In this document: positions 10,720 through 26,420 of the stretch, one piece after another
How the letters are laid out: each line of letters begins with the position of its first letter
Position numbering within the stretch: position 1 is the first letter of the stretch
Assembly: GCA_036172245.1 (NCBI GenBank)
Contig: JAYWIR010000020.1
Location: forward strand, 62,001 to 126,000
Direction of reading: 5' to 3'
From: Raillietiella orientalis
Taxonomy: Eukaryota
Length of the DNA: 64,000 nucleotides
The notes under the pieces: model-generated
Databases searched by the model: none
What the model was told of the DNA's origin: nothing
Seen by the model: the letters and a program-made list of their open reading frames with translations, nothing else
Made by a program: the position numbers and the translations under genes

Positions 10720-12859
10720 CTCCATTTTCACGATTTCAGAGACCGCTTCTGTGCGAACATCGTCAGTCCCCCGCTCACAAACATCTGCTCAGGGATTCTT
10801 CGTTCTTGCGATATCCTTCCGCCTGACCTTCCTTATGGTTTCATCTAAAGAAAAGCATGCTCAAGCTCGTACAATCCGGAGTAATCGTGATGTATGGGCG
10901 ACCGAGCTCCGACAGTTTGTTTTCGCCTGACAACGATGGCTGTTTCTGATCCTGGATGCAGTCTTCCCAATTTCCAATCCTTCGCACGAAATGCCGACAA
11001 TCCAGTTCAGTGAAGAGCGCTACCAGTACCACCGTGCGCGATCTGACCCACGTCCGTTGCGAGTCGTGCTTAAGACGAGATCCCCGAGGACACCAAGCCC
11101 GGTGTCCAAGCCATTTTTACTTTGTTTCCGAGCAATCCTCAGCCTGGACCGCCTCTGTCTGGGATTCCGCAACTCACGTGCCGAGCAGCTCTGTTTTGTA
11201 ATGTTTGCCGGGCACGATGGGAAACGATCCCTCCCTTTCGGCCATTTCAGTCTCTGATGACGACGGTTTCCGACTACAGCCTCTGATGAATCGTCTTTCC
11301 TCTTCTCGTTTCGGCTTCGCATTTGCATAGAAATTTCCGCGTTTCTTTTGAGCTTCGTCGGAGTTGGTGTGCACACACAACTTGAAATGTGTGCATAAAT
11401 ATAACAACACTGTAACACTATATGTGCATGCACGTGTATAACGCATAAAATCAAGGATGCATATAATAACACAGCAGCCCACCGTGTACATGTAGGGATT
11501 CGATGCCAGGGTAACAGTGCGTATACAACACAAGGCGTATACAACACATGGTACTGTTACGCGCACGTAACGGTACCATGCGTATGCATTCAACCAAACT
11601 ATGATGCCGTGCATATGCAACACTATGCGTTTGCATGTATCTGGCAACGCCGTCACACCAAGCATGCGTGCCACAGCCATAACATCATGTGTACACATAA
11701 TAACATACATATATGTGGCACGACGCTCCCGAGGTTTTTCCTGTTCAAGGCCACGCCCGCTTATCGCTCGCGAGCAGTCGGCGAGTATTTCCAACTGTTC
11801 GACTCGCAAACGCAAACTCCGAAGGAGTCCAAATCCGTATTCGGGCCTGTAAAGCTTCATGCAATCGAAAGAAGGCTTACTAGATTGGTACTGAAGACTG
11901 CAAGGCACAAGGTATGATGGGTATTTATTTCCAGTGGCAGCCAGTGCTTCCCCATCCAGACGGGAGAGACATAAAGCTTCTTTTGCGCGGAGATCTGCTA
12001 GCGAAGATTTCTTGTGCACATCCCCAAATTGCGTGCGTCGCCTAAGCCGAAGACTTTTTGCCCGGCAGCCAAAGAAGACGGAAAAAAGAAAAGAGAGGAA
12101 AAATTTCCCTGATGACGTCGCATTCGGTTTATATCTTTTTCGGATAGGGTCACTGGGTATTGGAAGGCAGTTCACTCACTTGAGCAGCAAGACGTAACGG
12201 TACATCCAGCCGAGTATCTTGACGCAATTGCTTATCCCTACTTCCCTTCTTATTAGTAATTGCACGATATTTAAGGCGGGCACTCTCGCTCCAGTTTTCC
12301 TCAACTTTGCACTTATTATCACGATGCTCGCGATGAAGAGGACCATGGTGATGGTGCGAACCATGGGATTGTATCAGGAGATGTACTCATCCCTTTCAAA
12401 CATTCCCGCCAAGATCTCCATAGGTGTCCCAGTCTGCAAGCCGGCCACCGCCTTCAGCATCTTCCCGTCTTCAGACAGAGTCGGGTACGTGAGAATGTGG
12501 AGTTGGTTTTCCCTGCCTCCGCATGCTTGGCGACTCTCGTTTTGGCTGCCGCCTGTCCACTGTGCCAATCTAGTGCCACCCAGGATGCCTCCAGGATCGA
12601 ACATCAGCAGGTCATCCTGAGTGTCGGGTGGTAGGTCGCTGCCCACCACACGCTCTCCGACCGCTCGCAGGCTCACGTTGTGGCACTCGTAGCGGCTGGC
12701 GCCGATTTGTTGCCTTCCGGTGTGAAGAAGACTTTTCAAAGTTTCCTTGGTCACCCGGTACAACGCATTCTCCCGGTGTATCTACACCTCGCATCTACAT
12801 CACCACCACCATTTCCTGCTTCCTCGTACGGACTGCCAGTCCAGCCGGAACGCTCCCCT
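10702..12859 (-). repeat. Right arm of the large inverted repeat (inverted copy of 1-3085 lacking the SINE)
   Basis: Reverse complement of 1-1988 joined to 2915-3085; the match may extend past 12859 because the partner leaves the window. Confidence 0.97.
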
Positions 12860-13209
12860 TTTAAAGGGGCAGGTAGGAAGCGGAAATCCTGCCGGTTCCT
12901 CTATGGTCTTCCCAGGAGGCAGGGAAAGTCAGAAGTGACGTCTGTTATCCCAGAGTCACCCAATTTCCTTCGAGCACACTCGCGTTCAACTGCCCGTCTG
13001 CTGGGGATTGCCCGCCGAGCACTGCTCTGCCGCAAATTCTGGAGAGTTCTCCACGCGAGGGAGGCCCTCGTTAATTGGGACTGAAAGTGCAAACAGGCGG
13101 TATCGCTTGCTGCTCCCTTACGACGCTCTCTCGGTGAAAAAAGATACCCTCGCGGAAAGCGAAGGTTTCTGGGAGTGGCCGATTTTGATCCAAGGAGAAG
13201 AAACGGGCG

Positions 13210-13525
13210 TTTGAGCACAGGACGTCGGAGAGGGGCGCGACTTGCTCGGGGTGGAAGCACCGGAGGTGGCGCGCTTGGGAGGCGCTTGCCTTCACCTGAG
13301 CGCCGGTGCTATGGCAGAGCCGCCGTGCCTCCACGGAAAGGTTGTTTGGAGCCATCGCCGGCGTACTTCGACTGCCGCGTGCACCCTTTGCAGGCAGGGG
13401 GTGCTCTTCGAATTCCATGCGAGTGATCGATCGTTCCGCATGGGTACGCACGCACACATAGGGCACTCCGAATGAATGCCTTGCTGGAGGAAAGGAGGAA
13501 ACCCCTCCCACTGCCCACTGAGTCC
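13210..13525. repeat. Unclassified dispersed repeat, copy upstream of HPD (partner 15605-15822)
   Basis: Shared blocks acttcgac(t/c)gccgcgtgcacc..tttgcaggcag...tgctcttcgaat...gttccgca...gccttg.tg..ggaa.ggaggaaa. Confidence 0.75.
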
Positions 13526-14560
13526 ATCCTGTGCTGAATGGGCATCCTAACTGGAAGACGCGCACGTAAAAAACAAAAAAACCTGAATCAGCGCGGTGAC
13601 CCCAAAAGGTCGACTGCCAGGTGTGCGCGCTGTCCGCGGCAATTTACTAGGGAGAATGGGGGACCCCCACCAGACGTCCAGGTCGGATTGAAGCCACCCT
13701 GCGCAGGAGTTTCTCCTTCCGAATTCCCGGTTCTGCAAACCAGTTCCCTCGAGGTTTGCGACCAAAAAGATAATTCCCATCCTTCCCAACATGTGTGATT
13801 TCCCCATTTTCTGAAGGCAGAAGTCACTTTGGAAAGTTATAAATAGCTTCCAAGTGCCCCGCTCATGGGTAAGTTATTCCGAGAACAAGATTAACCCATA
13901 AGCAACGAAAACCCCTGAGGCTATTTCATTTTATCTGACATTCTTATCCTATCGTATCTCGCATTCTTATCTTATCTCATTATTTCTTTGCTGAGCGTTT
14001 GCGTCTCCGATCTTCAGTGTCCCCACCGCTCTTGCGGTTCGCGGTTTGTCGTGATGTGCGGTGCAAGACAGTTTGTTGAGATGCGGTGCACACAGTTCGC
14101 GGTGTAGGTGGGGTCGGGTGCACGCAGTGCCTCCTGTAGGAGGGGGGAATGACGGGGGGGAAGCTCTCGGAGTTCCCTCCGGGGGGAGTGGGAAGCTCGC
14201 GGCTTACATTTTTTTGCCAATCGTCATGGAAATGCACATCTTAGCATCTCAGCTTATGCTCTCGCCTTAAGGGGGTCCCGTTTCGAGAGGTCTTCCTGCA
14301 CGGTGGGCGTTTCGTCGTCGCTGCCGCCGTCTGGAAAGCAGGTCGAGCGGCTCCATCGCAAGCCGCGGGCCTCCACTGCCGCCTGCGGACAGATTTTGCT
14401 TTTCCCGTGGGCGACCACAACGAGTTCCGCTCGTTCCGTTCGTCACGGATGCGTGGCTGGGTGGCTGGGAATGATCTGTATGTGTGAAGATGAGAAGGGA
14501 AAAGAGTCTAACTGTGCGAGCATGTCACATCCTATGTCACGTCATCTTTTTCAGAGCAAC

Positions 14561-18171
<3,611 letters not shown>

Positions 18172-18240
18172 GACGTAAACGCCGCCACCGACGCCTCGCA
18201 TGAAGGCTCCAGAGGACTTCGTAGTCGCTTAGAAAATGGA

Positions 18241-18246
18241 AATAAA
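18241..18246 (+). promoter_or_regulatory. Candidate polyadenylation signal of HPD
   Basis: AATAAA 70 nt after the stop codon. Confidence 0.6.
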
Positions 18247-19499
18247 GCTTAGTTCGTGGGACGCCGGAGTTGCAGCCCGGTGACGGGGAGAGACGCGGGG
18301 TCACGTGACGTCCTCGTCCCCGAAGCTGCGTGCGCTTGAGGAAAACGTCTCAGCCCGTCCAGGGAAGGATACCGAACGGAAATCCGTGTTCTCCCTTCCC
18401 CTCCCTTCTCTCGCCCTTGCTCCCTCCTCCTCCTCGATGTAGTTCCGATCAAGCGGCAGGAGCGTTCACTTTCTGGAATGATTCGCTTTGCCGATTTCAC
18501 GTGCCGCAGACGCTGAATGTCCCCTCTCCCTCCCTCCCTCCCACCCCTGCCTCCACGAGGCTGATCTGGGATCCTCCCCCTCTCCCATCGGTCCCGAAAG
18601 AGCGTTCGAAAGCGGGGGGAGAGGAGGGAAAAGGGATGAGAAGAGGAACACCGATCGCTTTTATCAGGTTTTCACTTTACGTTACTTTCTCCGCTCCTTC
18701 CTCCCTTCCTCAACAAAAGGGAGCGATAAAATCCAGAGACGGCACGCATCCCTTGCGGGAAAACACGAATTCGCATCAGCCGATCTTTTCCGATTCGCGG
18801 GCGCGATCCTGGATTCCTGGGAACCATTCTCCCGTGAGCGCGCGCACGGCTTACGTGGTGCGCCCCTCCCTTGCCCCGAGGGCTGGAGTCTTCCGAGCTC
18901 ACGGGGGGAGATGCTGCCTGCCCTCGCACGCTGGTTCTCGCGGCAATCCCTTCCTCGCCCCTACCCTTTCCCACGGGATTTTCGCCTTCCCGTCTTCGAG
19001 GGCTCGATGCCCAGCTAGCACCGAGCCGTGAACTCACCGGGAAGTGGAGAAGGAGGAGAAGAGAAAGTAAGAAGAGGAAGAAGGGTCCTGACGCGATATG
19101 CCCGGGTCCTCGCCTGGGCAGCCAGGAGCCACTCCTGGACGCGAGCGGAATGCTGCACAGCAAGGGGAAGGAATCCTCTCACGAGGGGTCCCAGCCAGCA
19201 GCCTCCTTCCTCTCCCGCCCATCGCATTCTCGAAAGGGCAGCGGCACGTCTTCTGTGGACGAGCGGAAGGGCTGCTCCTTAGGGGATGACCAGGTTGGCT
19301 CTGGGATGTCGAGGCTGCCTTGCTCTGCCTATCCCCCGTCAAAATCTCGCTCTCCTCCTAGACCACCTCCCTGACCTTTCGCCTTGGATGCTTCGTCCCT
19401 GTCGACTCGTCAAGTGCTGAAGAACCGTCCCCCTCCGCAGGGGGATACACGACGCTCTTCAATGCTGTCCACGCGACCCGAGGGTGCGCGTCACCCTTC

Positions 19500-19968
19500 A
19501 AGTTATAAAAGGTGCCCAGTAAGGGGCCACCCTATGAATCCAGGATGGCTAAGGAGGAAGGAGACCGTTCCTCTTACGCTTGGGAAGGGACACCTCGAAG
19601 GGAACCTCTTCCCTATTCCATCAGGGTGGTGCCACGCGTTTCAGCTGCAAACAGAGTGAAGGATAACTGCAGTGAGGGGAATGAGCATCTCGAGAATTCC
19701 GAATTTTCTCCCATCATGGCGAATGAATAAGGAGCGGAATAAGGAAATCGACACCTTGATTCTTGCAAAGGACACGGGGCGTGGCCAGTCAACGGCGTGT
19801 GCCAGTGCCACACTCGAAGAGTCCAACCTGCGTCTTCCTGCCCGGAAGGGAACTCGAAACGCATGGCACACTCCTTATTCTCGGTGTTGGCCCTTCCTCG
19901 GAAAGGACCCCAACCCGTGACGCTCGGTGCCACGCGCGGAGACTGCGGCCGCACGTCCGGCAGCGCGA
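19500..19968 (-). mobile_element. Diverged, internally shortened copy of the SINE-like family
   Basis: Reverse complement of 19850-19968 matches the 8705-8830 head (gcagtctccgcgcgtggcacc...caacaccgagaataagga...gtttcgagttcc); 19525-19620 matches 9250-9345 inverted. Confidence 0.65.
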
Positions 19969-20449
19969 GCTCGTTTCCCTTCGACCCGCTTCCCCTCCCG
20001 ATACCGTCGGCAAGCGCGCCGCTCGTGCCGACTGGCATCTTCATCCGTGGTCCAGGGCGTAGCTGCCGGATGACTTTCGGGGAACCTGGAGAGCGGTTTC
20101 GTGACCGAAGCCGGTGTCGATCTTCGCCGCCGATGCCGCAGACCAGGAACGCAGGCGCACCGGACGCGCTACTGGCGGCCGCAACCAACGATTCCCGCTT
20201 TCCCTCCTTCTGGGACGCTCCCGGCTGGCTGCTCTCCGGATACTGAGGGGAAGTGGCAGAGAGGGAAACGTCCGGGGTGGTTGGTGTGGCGCCCGTCCCT
20301 TCCCTTCCCCCCTGAGCGGCATCGCGCGCGCGCGTCAGAGCGCGTCCGAAAGAGCGGCAGCGGCCCGACGCGCGTTCCTCCCGCTCCGAGCACGCCCAAG
20401 AACTGGCGGGAAGGTTCGCGGAACTTCCGGGAGGCTGGGGAAGAGGAGA

Positions 20450-21322
20450 CCCGCATCGGAGGCGTTGTGGTTAAGGCTTCCGCGTGTGGTACCATGCGTC
20501 GCGGGTTCGAATACTTTGGCAGAAACTGACGCCACTGCGTCGTTGGATCCCGAGTATCTGCTGCAAGATGGCGCTGGTTGGCCTAATCATTCGGGACGGT
20601 GGATTCAGCTGGAGGTCCCGATGTAGTCCGGAACAACGAAAGTCGACCCTCGGGTCCTACCAGGAATAAAGGAGTGGGGAGTTCCCCCTCCTGTCGTACA
20701 ACGGAGATCGAACTCCTTTATCGGAAGACCCCCCGGTTTCAAGATGGATAGGAGGTCCTCACGGTCACCTCTCCGATCGTTCAAAGGAGCGGACCCCCTC
20801 TGTTGCGGTGGGACCCTCCGAGTCGTCGCCTCTTAACAGAGTGCTAGGAAGCAAGCGAGAGCGATTTCCTGCGTTAAGCTGCAGAATCCCTTCTGAATTT
20901 CGGAAGCGTCCCTTCGGGGTTCTCTTAAGAGGAGTGAGCAGGAGCGGTTCCCTTACGGGTTCCCACTGGAGAAGAAATTCCTACTAGTGGTTTCTTTCCG
21001 GGTTTTCTTTCGGAGAAGATGAAATGCAGGGCACCACCCCTTTTCCGGAGGGGTCCCTCCGGAGAGAATGAGGAAGGGAATTCCCTTCAGGGTTCTCCCC
21101 TTCGGAGACAATCATGGTGCGATCCGCCTCCCCAAACATGAGAGGAATGGACTCCCAGCATTCCTGGATTCATAGGGCGGACCCCCTTCCGGGGTGCCTC
21201 CCCTATCTTGAAGAATAACACGCACCGTCCGCGGGTGGCGTGAAACAGCGTTAAAGAGTCACGTGCGCCGCGAGGCACGCGGCCGCCTCATGAGGTACTT
21301 AACGAATCTGAAAAAAAGAAAA
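20450..21322 (+). mobile_element. Full-length copy of the tRNA-derived SINE-like family
   Basis: A-box-like aggcgttgtgg (20460-20470), B-box-like ggttcgaatac (20504-20514), collinear similarity to 1989-2907 on -, A-rich tail at about 21310-21322; no TSD recognised. Confidence 0.8.
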
Positions 21323-24300
21323 CCTGAAAAACCTGGAAAGCAAATGCCGGAGGGGAAAAAACAGCGAAGACAGAAACAAACCCAAAAGGATTTCCATCAT
21401 CCCATGCAATCCTGGAAGACTCTACATTTCCCTGGTTGCGCGTAAGCTGGCGTCTCCACACTTCAGTTCCTTTCTGTCGGAGGAGGCGAACAGGGGGTCC
21501 TTCCGGCAGGAGAGACGTCCAGTAAGGATTCCCAGGGCCGTCTCAAGCCATCGACTCATCCTGACCTTGGGAATGACCGAACAATCGCCATAAATCTGGC
21601 CGCTACGCTGGTGACCGCTCTCTCAGTACCGATGCGTGGTGTAGTACTTTCTAGGTCCATTAACGCTCTGCATCCAGGCATAAATAACCGCAACCCAGAA
21701 CAGTCATTTCGGCCTAATCAAGGCGAATGTTGCGATCCCTGGCGCCGTCCCTGAATTCTTGGCAAGCCGACCAGGACAATAGTTCCATTGACCGCGGGCA
21801 GTTCCACGCTGCAAACAGGTTGGCTCTATAAATAGCGCAAATGCATTTCGCCCTACATGCCCGTGCACGCTCCCCTGTTATCATCCTCCCAGCATTTTCC
21901 TTTATTCCGTCTCGACGTCCTAGCAGCTCGAGATGGAATCTCCCATCACCGCCTTCGCTACCATTCCGCGGACTGCTTCGCCGCGACCAGCCGATTCTTC
22001 TGATGATTCGGAACCGCGCCAAGAGAGGGAAGGGAAGGGGTGAGAGAAGGTGGAAGTTCCTTTGCGCAGCTTCGGCCACTTTAATCCTTGCAAGCGAGGG
22101 CCGCGACCGGCGTTCAGGGAGGCGGGAACTTTTCTTGCCGAAGCGAAGGTGTGGTTCAGCATGGCCTTCCCAAGGACGGTCCAAACGATCCGGCGCGTCC
22201 GATAGATGCCCCCGCCTGCCGTGTTGCATTTTGGAAGGCAGCGTGGACTGGCTGAGGTGGTTCCTCCCATTTCCACGCCCTGCACGGCATTGCGGTTCTC
22301 GAGACCCTAAGATTCCGTTGAAACTAAAAGGATCGCCGCCGTAATCCCGCCCCGCTTCTTAGGATAACCACGTGATTCCAACAACTTTTCCCTGTTTCCC
22401 TTCGCGTGTCTTCTGGAACGCCGCCTGCGTGTGTTCCAATGTGCAGTGGTGCTAAGGTGACACGGTGCCCTTTCTCTCAGGACGGGGTCGCATGCACGCC
22501 GGCTCTCTATTGGCTGCCGTCCAAGATCTCTCCCGTCTTCCCCGTGCCGCCTCCTTCATGTAGTCGATCGACGCGCGTCGTGGTGCAGAGCTGAAGGCGC
22601 TGTTCTCAACGATCGGAAACGCGCAGAATGGGAGTGTCTCGAATTCCACGGGAGGCGTTGGTTGAGATGGCGACCGCGGAAGTAGGTCCAACCCAGTCTT
22701 CTGAGGTCGAAGCATGCGAGCATGGAGACGAATGGCGCTCAGGCGCCGGGAGAGTCCACGTATCCCCGACCTCCGGGACACAGCCGTTCTTTCCTTCCTG
22801 TACCGCAACATCGCGGGTTCCCTCAGGTTCCGCAGAGAGCGCTGATGGAATGGGAGCGAGTTTTCCTGTAGCCGTCGTCTACTAAAGAAATCTACAGACA
22901 GGAGCATCTAAAAGAGAGTCTGGGTAAACTTTTAGGATGGTCTCTTCTTGTGACGGCATTGGTTGCCGAGGTCTTCCTCGTGTATTCACAAGGCTGTCAC
23001 GGGCACATGGATGAACTTGTAGTGCTGAAGAATTGGGTGCCCCCCTCTGGTGAGAAAGTAGCCAAAGGCCAGAAGAGATCACAAAGAGGACCATGTGCTC
23101 CTTGGGATCGCATCTGGCCACTCTGATCGAAAACACGCAATCCGGGTGTCAGCCAGGCATGTGGCCTCCCTGATTGGGTGGCCAAATGTCTGGCTTCGCT
23201 GGGACGGTATGAGTTCTGCAAGCACGTTTTTGCCTTATGCCGTGACCGTCCTACGTCACCAGAAAGTGATGTTTCCTCCCACAGGTTCGGCGTGCTGGCC
23301 AGAAAGGGTATCGCGACTTCCCGCGGCGAATTCGTACCGGGAAACACCCCTGGATTTCCAGAAGAAACGGGGATGTCTTCGATCTGTTCCCAATAAACTT
23401 CTAAGAGTGGAACAGAAGGAAGAACAAAAAAAAAAACAAAAAACGAGATGGGGTTCGAGAACATCGAATAGCAGGGAAACGGCCTCTTTAGTCGTACAGG
23501 ATCGGTCTTCTACAAATGTCCATCAAGTACACCGCATGCGCAGATCCGAACAGAAGAACACTCCAATGCCTGGTAAAAAGGAATGTTTTAAAGACTTCAA
23601 GCAAGATTGCTTCAAGAGTAGAATGCACGTTAAGAGAGGAATAGAATGAATGAATTGATGAATAACACACAAAATAGCAAAGGATGTGGACAATCAAATG
23701 GCGGTCAGTGGAGGAGCATGAAGATACGCACTGGGCCAGAAACCAGACAGTGGAGACGCTTTTGCACTCCTTCAGAGTTCCCGTTACTGCGCTTCATCCA
23801 GAACGCTCGCAAGCAGCCCCAAGTGCTGTGGCGGGGCCTGCCTCCGACTCCACATGTCTGACAAGCAAGGGCGTCGTGGATACGGTAGCTGCAGAATGAG
23901 GTCCTTTGAGCTCCACCCAGCCAGGTGTCCCCCTCCACAAGTTCCAGGTTTCGCGACGCCTAAGTAAAGTCTGGGCTCCATCTTGCAACGGAAGAAGTAG
24001 CGAGTTATTAGAAGGATGCTCGGATTGTACGTCGGCTTCCGCTTTTCCGAGGGAGGTCACCGAGCAGCAGGAGCCAAACGTCTCACTGCAGTGCACTGCA
24101 CCTGCTCCTTCAGGGTGTTCCAGAGACAGAAGAGTGTGAAGCAGTTGATTCTGCCAGAATAAGCGCAAGTGTTCAAGAGGATCTGCGATGGCGTCGAAGC
24201 TTCGGAGGTCTGGAACGGCGCAAGAAGTTTCCAAGGGGAAAAGACGAAACCACTTCCGAGTCACAATCAAATCCCGAAGCCTACGGGCTGCTCTTTCGAA

Positions 24301-25499
24301 TCCCCGGCTGCGTAATGGACAGAGCGCAACTCCTGTTTACTCTTGCAAGAGTCCATTTTCCTGCAGGCGCTAACCCGATGAGGAGGCACTGCTTCCCGGA
24401 AAGAACCGCTCGTACGCTTTCCTGACAGTGGCAACAGAACTGGTCGATTTGTCCGAGTCAATGGGTAGCTCACTGAGAGATGGGATTGCTGGCAGCGGGG
24501 GCAGCCGTGCCATTGCCATCAACGAAGGCGAGGACGGAGCCAGAGGGAGCTCCGGTGGAGCTTTGCAGAGATGCCAACGTGCAAACTGGTCGTGGGAACG
24601 GTGTGAGCTGGAGAAAAACGAACTGAACTATCTGGTAGCTGTTCTCTTGAGACTGTTCCTTGCGAGAGGTTTGCTGGGCGAGTTTTCCGCTGGACAATGG
24701 GTTTTTTAATTTCGGAGATACGGCAGGTGACCTCTCACATTGAAGGAGCATTCCCTTCCTCCTGTTCCTAACGATGAAGTAATGAACGCATGACATCCTC
24801 AATGAACACACGATAAGCTCTGAGGAGTAGAGCTAACATCGCCGAGTATTATCCCTGCAAGGTGGGTCCGTCCCGACATCTGATGTCGTTGCTGTTCGGG
24901 AGGGTTGGACTTTTCACCCGCATACACCAGGGTTCCCTGCCGCCAAGCATTCCTGTGTAGTTGGAGGCAGGATGGCCTCTCTCGTGTTCCTCCGTTTAGC
25001 GAAGCAACCGGGCAAAGTGAGTGACCGGCGAGCGCTTGCGTGAGGGGCTGTTTGCTCATCCTTTGCAGCTTCCTGCATTCTTCGGGAGAATGCGCGAAAG
25101 GAAATACCCGTGAGCGTTACGCATCCTTGCCGTCAAGGCCGACCTGCAGAGCGATGCTTTCATCTGCATCCGTTTGGCGGATATGTTCGGTCCTGCGTCT
25201 TTGCGTGGGGGATCCGCGTCTTTCAACACCCCCTAAGAACTGGCCACAGCCTCAGATTCTTACTCATAAGATATGCTGGTGGCTTGAAATCGCACCCAAC
25301 GCTCTCCGAGATAACACAAAAAAAAGGGACCGGAAAAGGGGCAAGACGAAAATGCTCCTCGCTGCTCTGCTAACCTCTCGGGATGCAAAGGCTCGCTGTC
25401 GCTAAAAAGGGTTTGGGCACGTAGCTCGCTTTCCCAGCAGGCGGGACGGACCTCCCTCGCTTTGAGCGAATCCATGGGTACCTCCAGGTAATTTAGGGA

Positions 25500-26420
25500 C
25501 CCTCCCACGGCAATTCCCAATGGAGACCAGTTCGCTTCCATCGCTGCGACAAAAGCCGCGATTTTCGACTTCTACCCGTTCACCTGCACGCCGGCATCCC
25601 TGCAGATGAAACCCGAAGTACGCCTCGAGCACGTTTTCTGCAACCCGTCCCGACAACGGGAGGATCCAGTCGTCTGCACGGCCTGCTCCACCAGGCGCGT
25701 TACGGGAGCTGGACCAGAGAAGGGCTGGAGCGTGCCTGCACGCGCTCAGCACCCGTTCAGGGAACAGTGTGAAAAGTGTCGTTCTCGGGCGTTCATCCTT
25801 GTCTGACTTGCATGCCTTCGAACAGTAGGCCGCTGAAAGGGATCGAAATCTTCTCTTTGAGCCACAGCATGCGAGATGTGGCTGAGGAGGATGACTGGAA
25901 GGCCAAACTACTCCAGCAGCTGGGGAAGGATGTGCTGACCGGCGGCGCAAGCAAAAACTTTTTGATGGTCTACCGCGATGGCCAGTTCTGCTTTGCCAGG
26001 TGGATTCACGCGTGGACCTGCCGCGTGGCCCGCGCTCCTTTTCGAAGCAGCCATGGATCCCGCCACCTACCCATTCACAAGTGTCCTCCGCACCCCGGAG
26101 AGCAAATTGACCTGAGTGCCTTCGAGCGAGGAGGAGCGCCAATTGCTCAGTCAGCAGCGTGGTTCCCTCTTCCTGGGTAGGAGACGGACCCTGGCCTACC
26201 CGAAGGATGTCGGAACTTTGCCTTTTTCCCGGATCAGCAACGCTAATTGGCGCAACACGGGTCAGTTTTGCTCTTCATAGAGGCAATGATATCGCTGGTC
26301 GTGAAGGGTTCATTAAACCGGCTAGAAGCCTCCCCGCCAACCTGCGCGTGGTCGCCTCGAGCAGCTCCGTAGCTTAGTCCTGGTCAGGAAGCGTCCTGGC
26401 ATGCCGTTGGGAGTCAAACC
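25500..26420 (+). mobile_element. Decayed LINE (L1/Tx1-like) reverse transcriptase fragment
   Basis: Degenerate RT motifs in order: DDWKAKLLQ (NWRPISLL-like), GQFCFARWI (QxGFxxGRxI-like), QIDLSAFER (LDxEKAFDR-like), RPGMPLG (RQGCPLS-like). By-eye only. Confidence 0.5.

Noticed and set aside
11250..11330. Hammerhead ribozyme (two CTGATGA motifs)
   Set aside because: No stem II followed by GAAA on the same strand.
11174..12175. 333 aa minus-strand ORF in the inverted arm
   Set aside because: No recognisable domain; it runs through the low-complexity RY tract and the other arm has a stop and a frameshift.
20452..20525. Functional tRNA gene
   Set aside because: Acceptor and anticodon stems do not pair properly and the sequence continues into a repeat body; treated as a SINE head.
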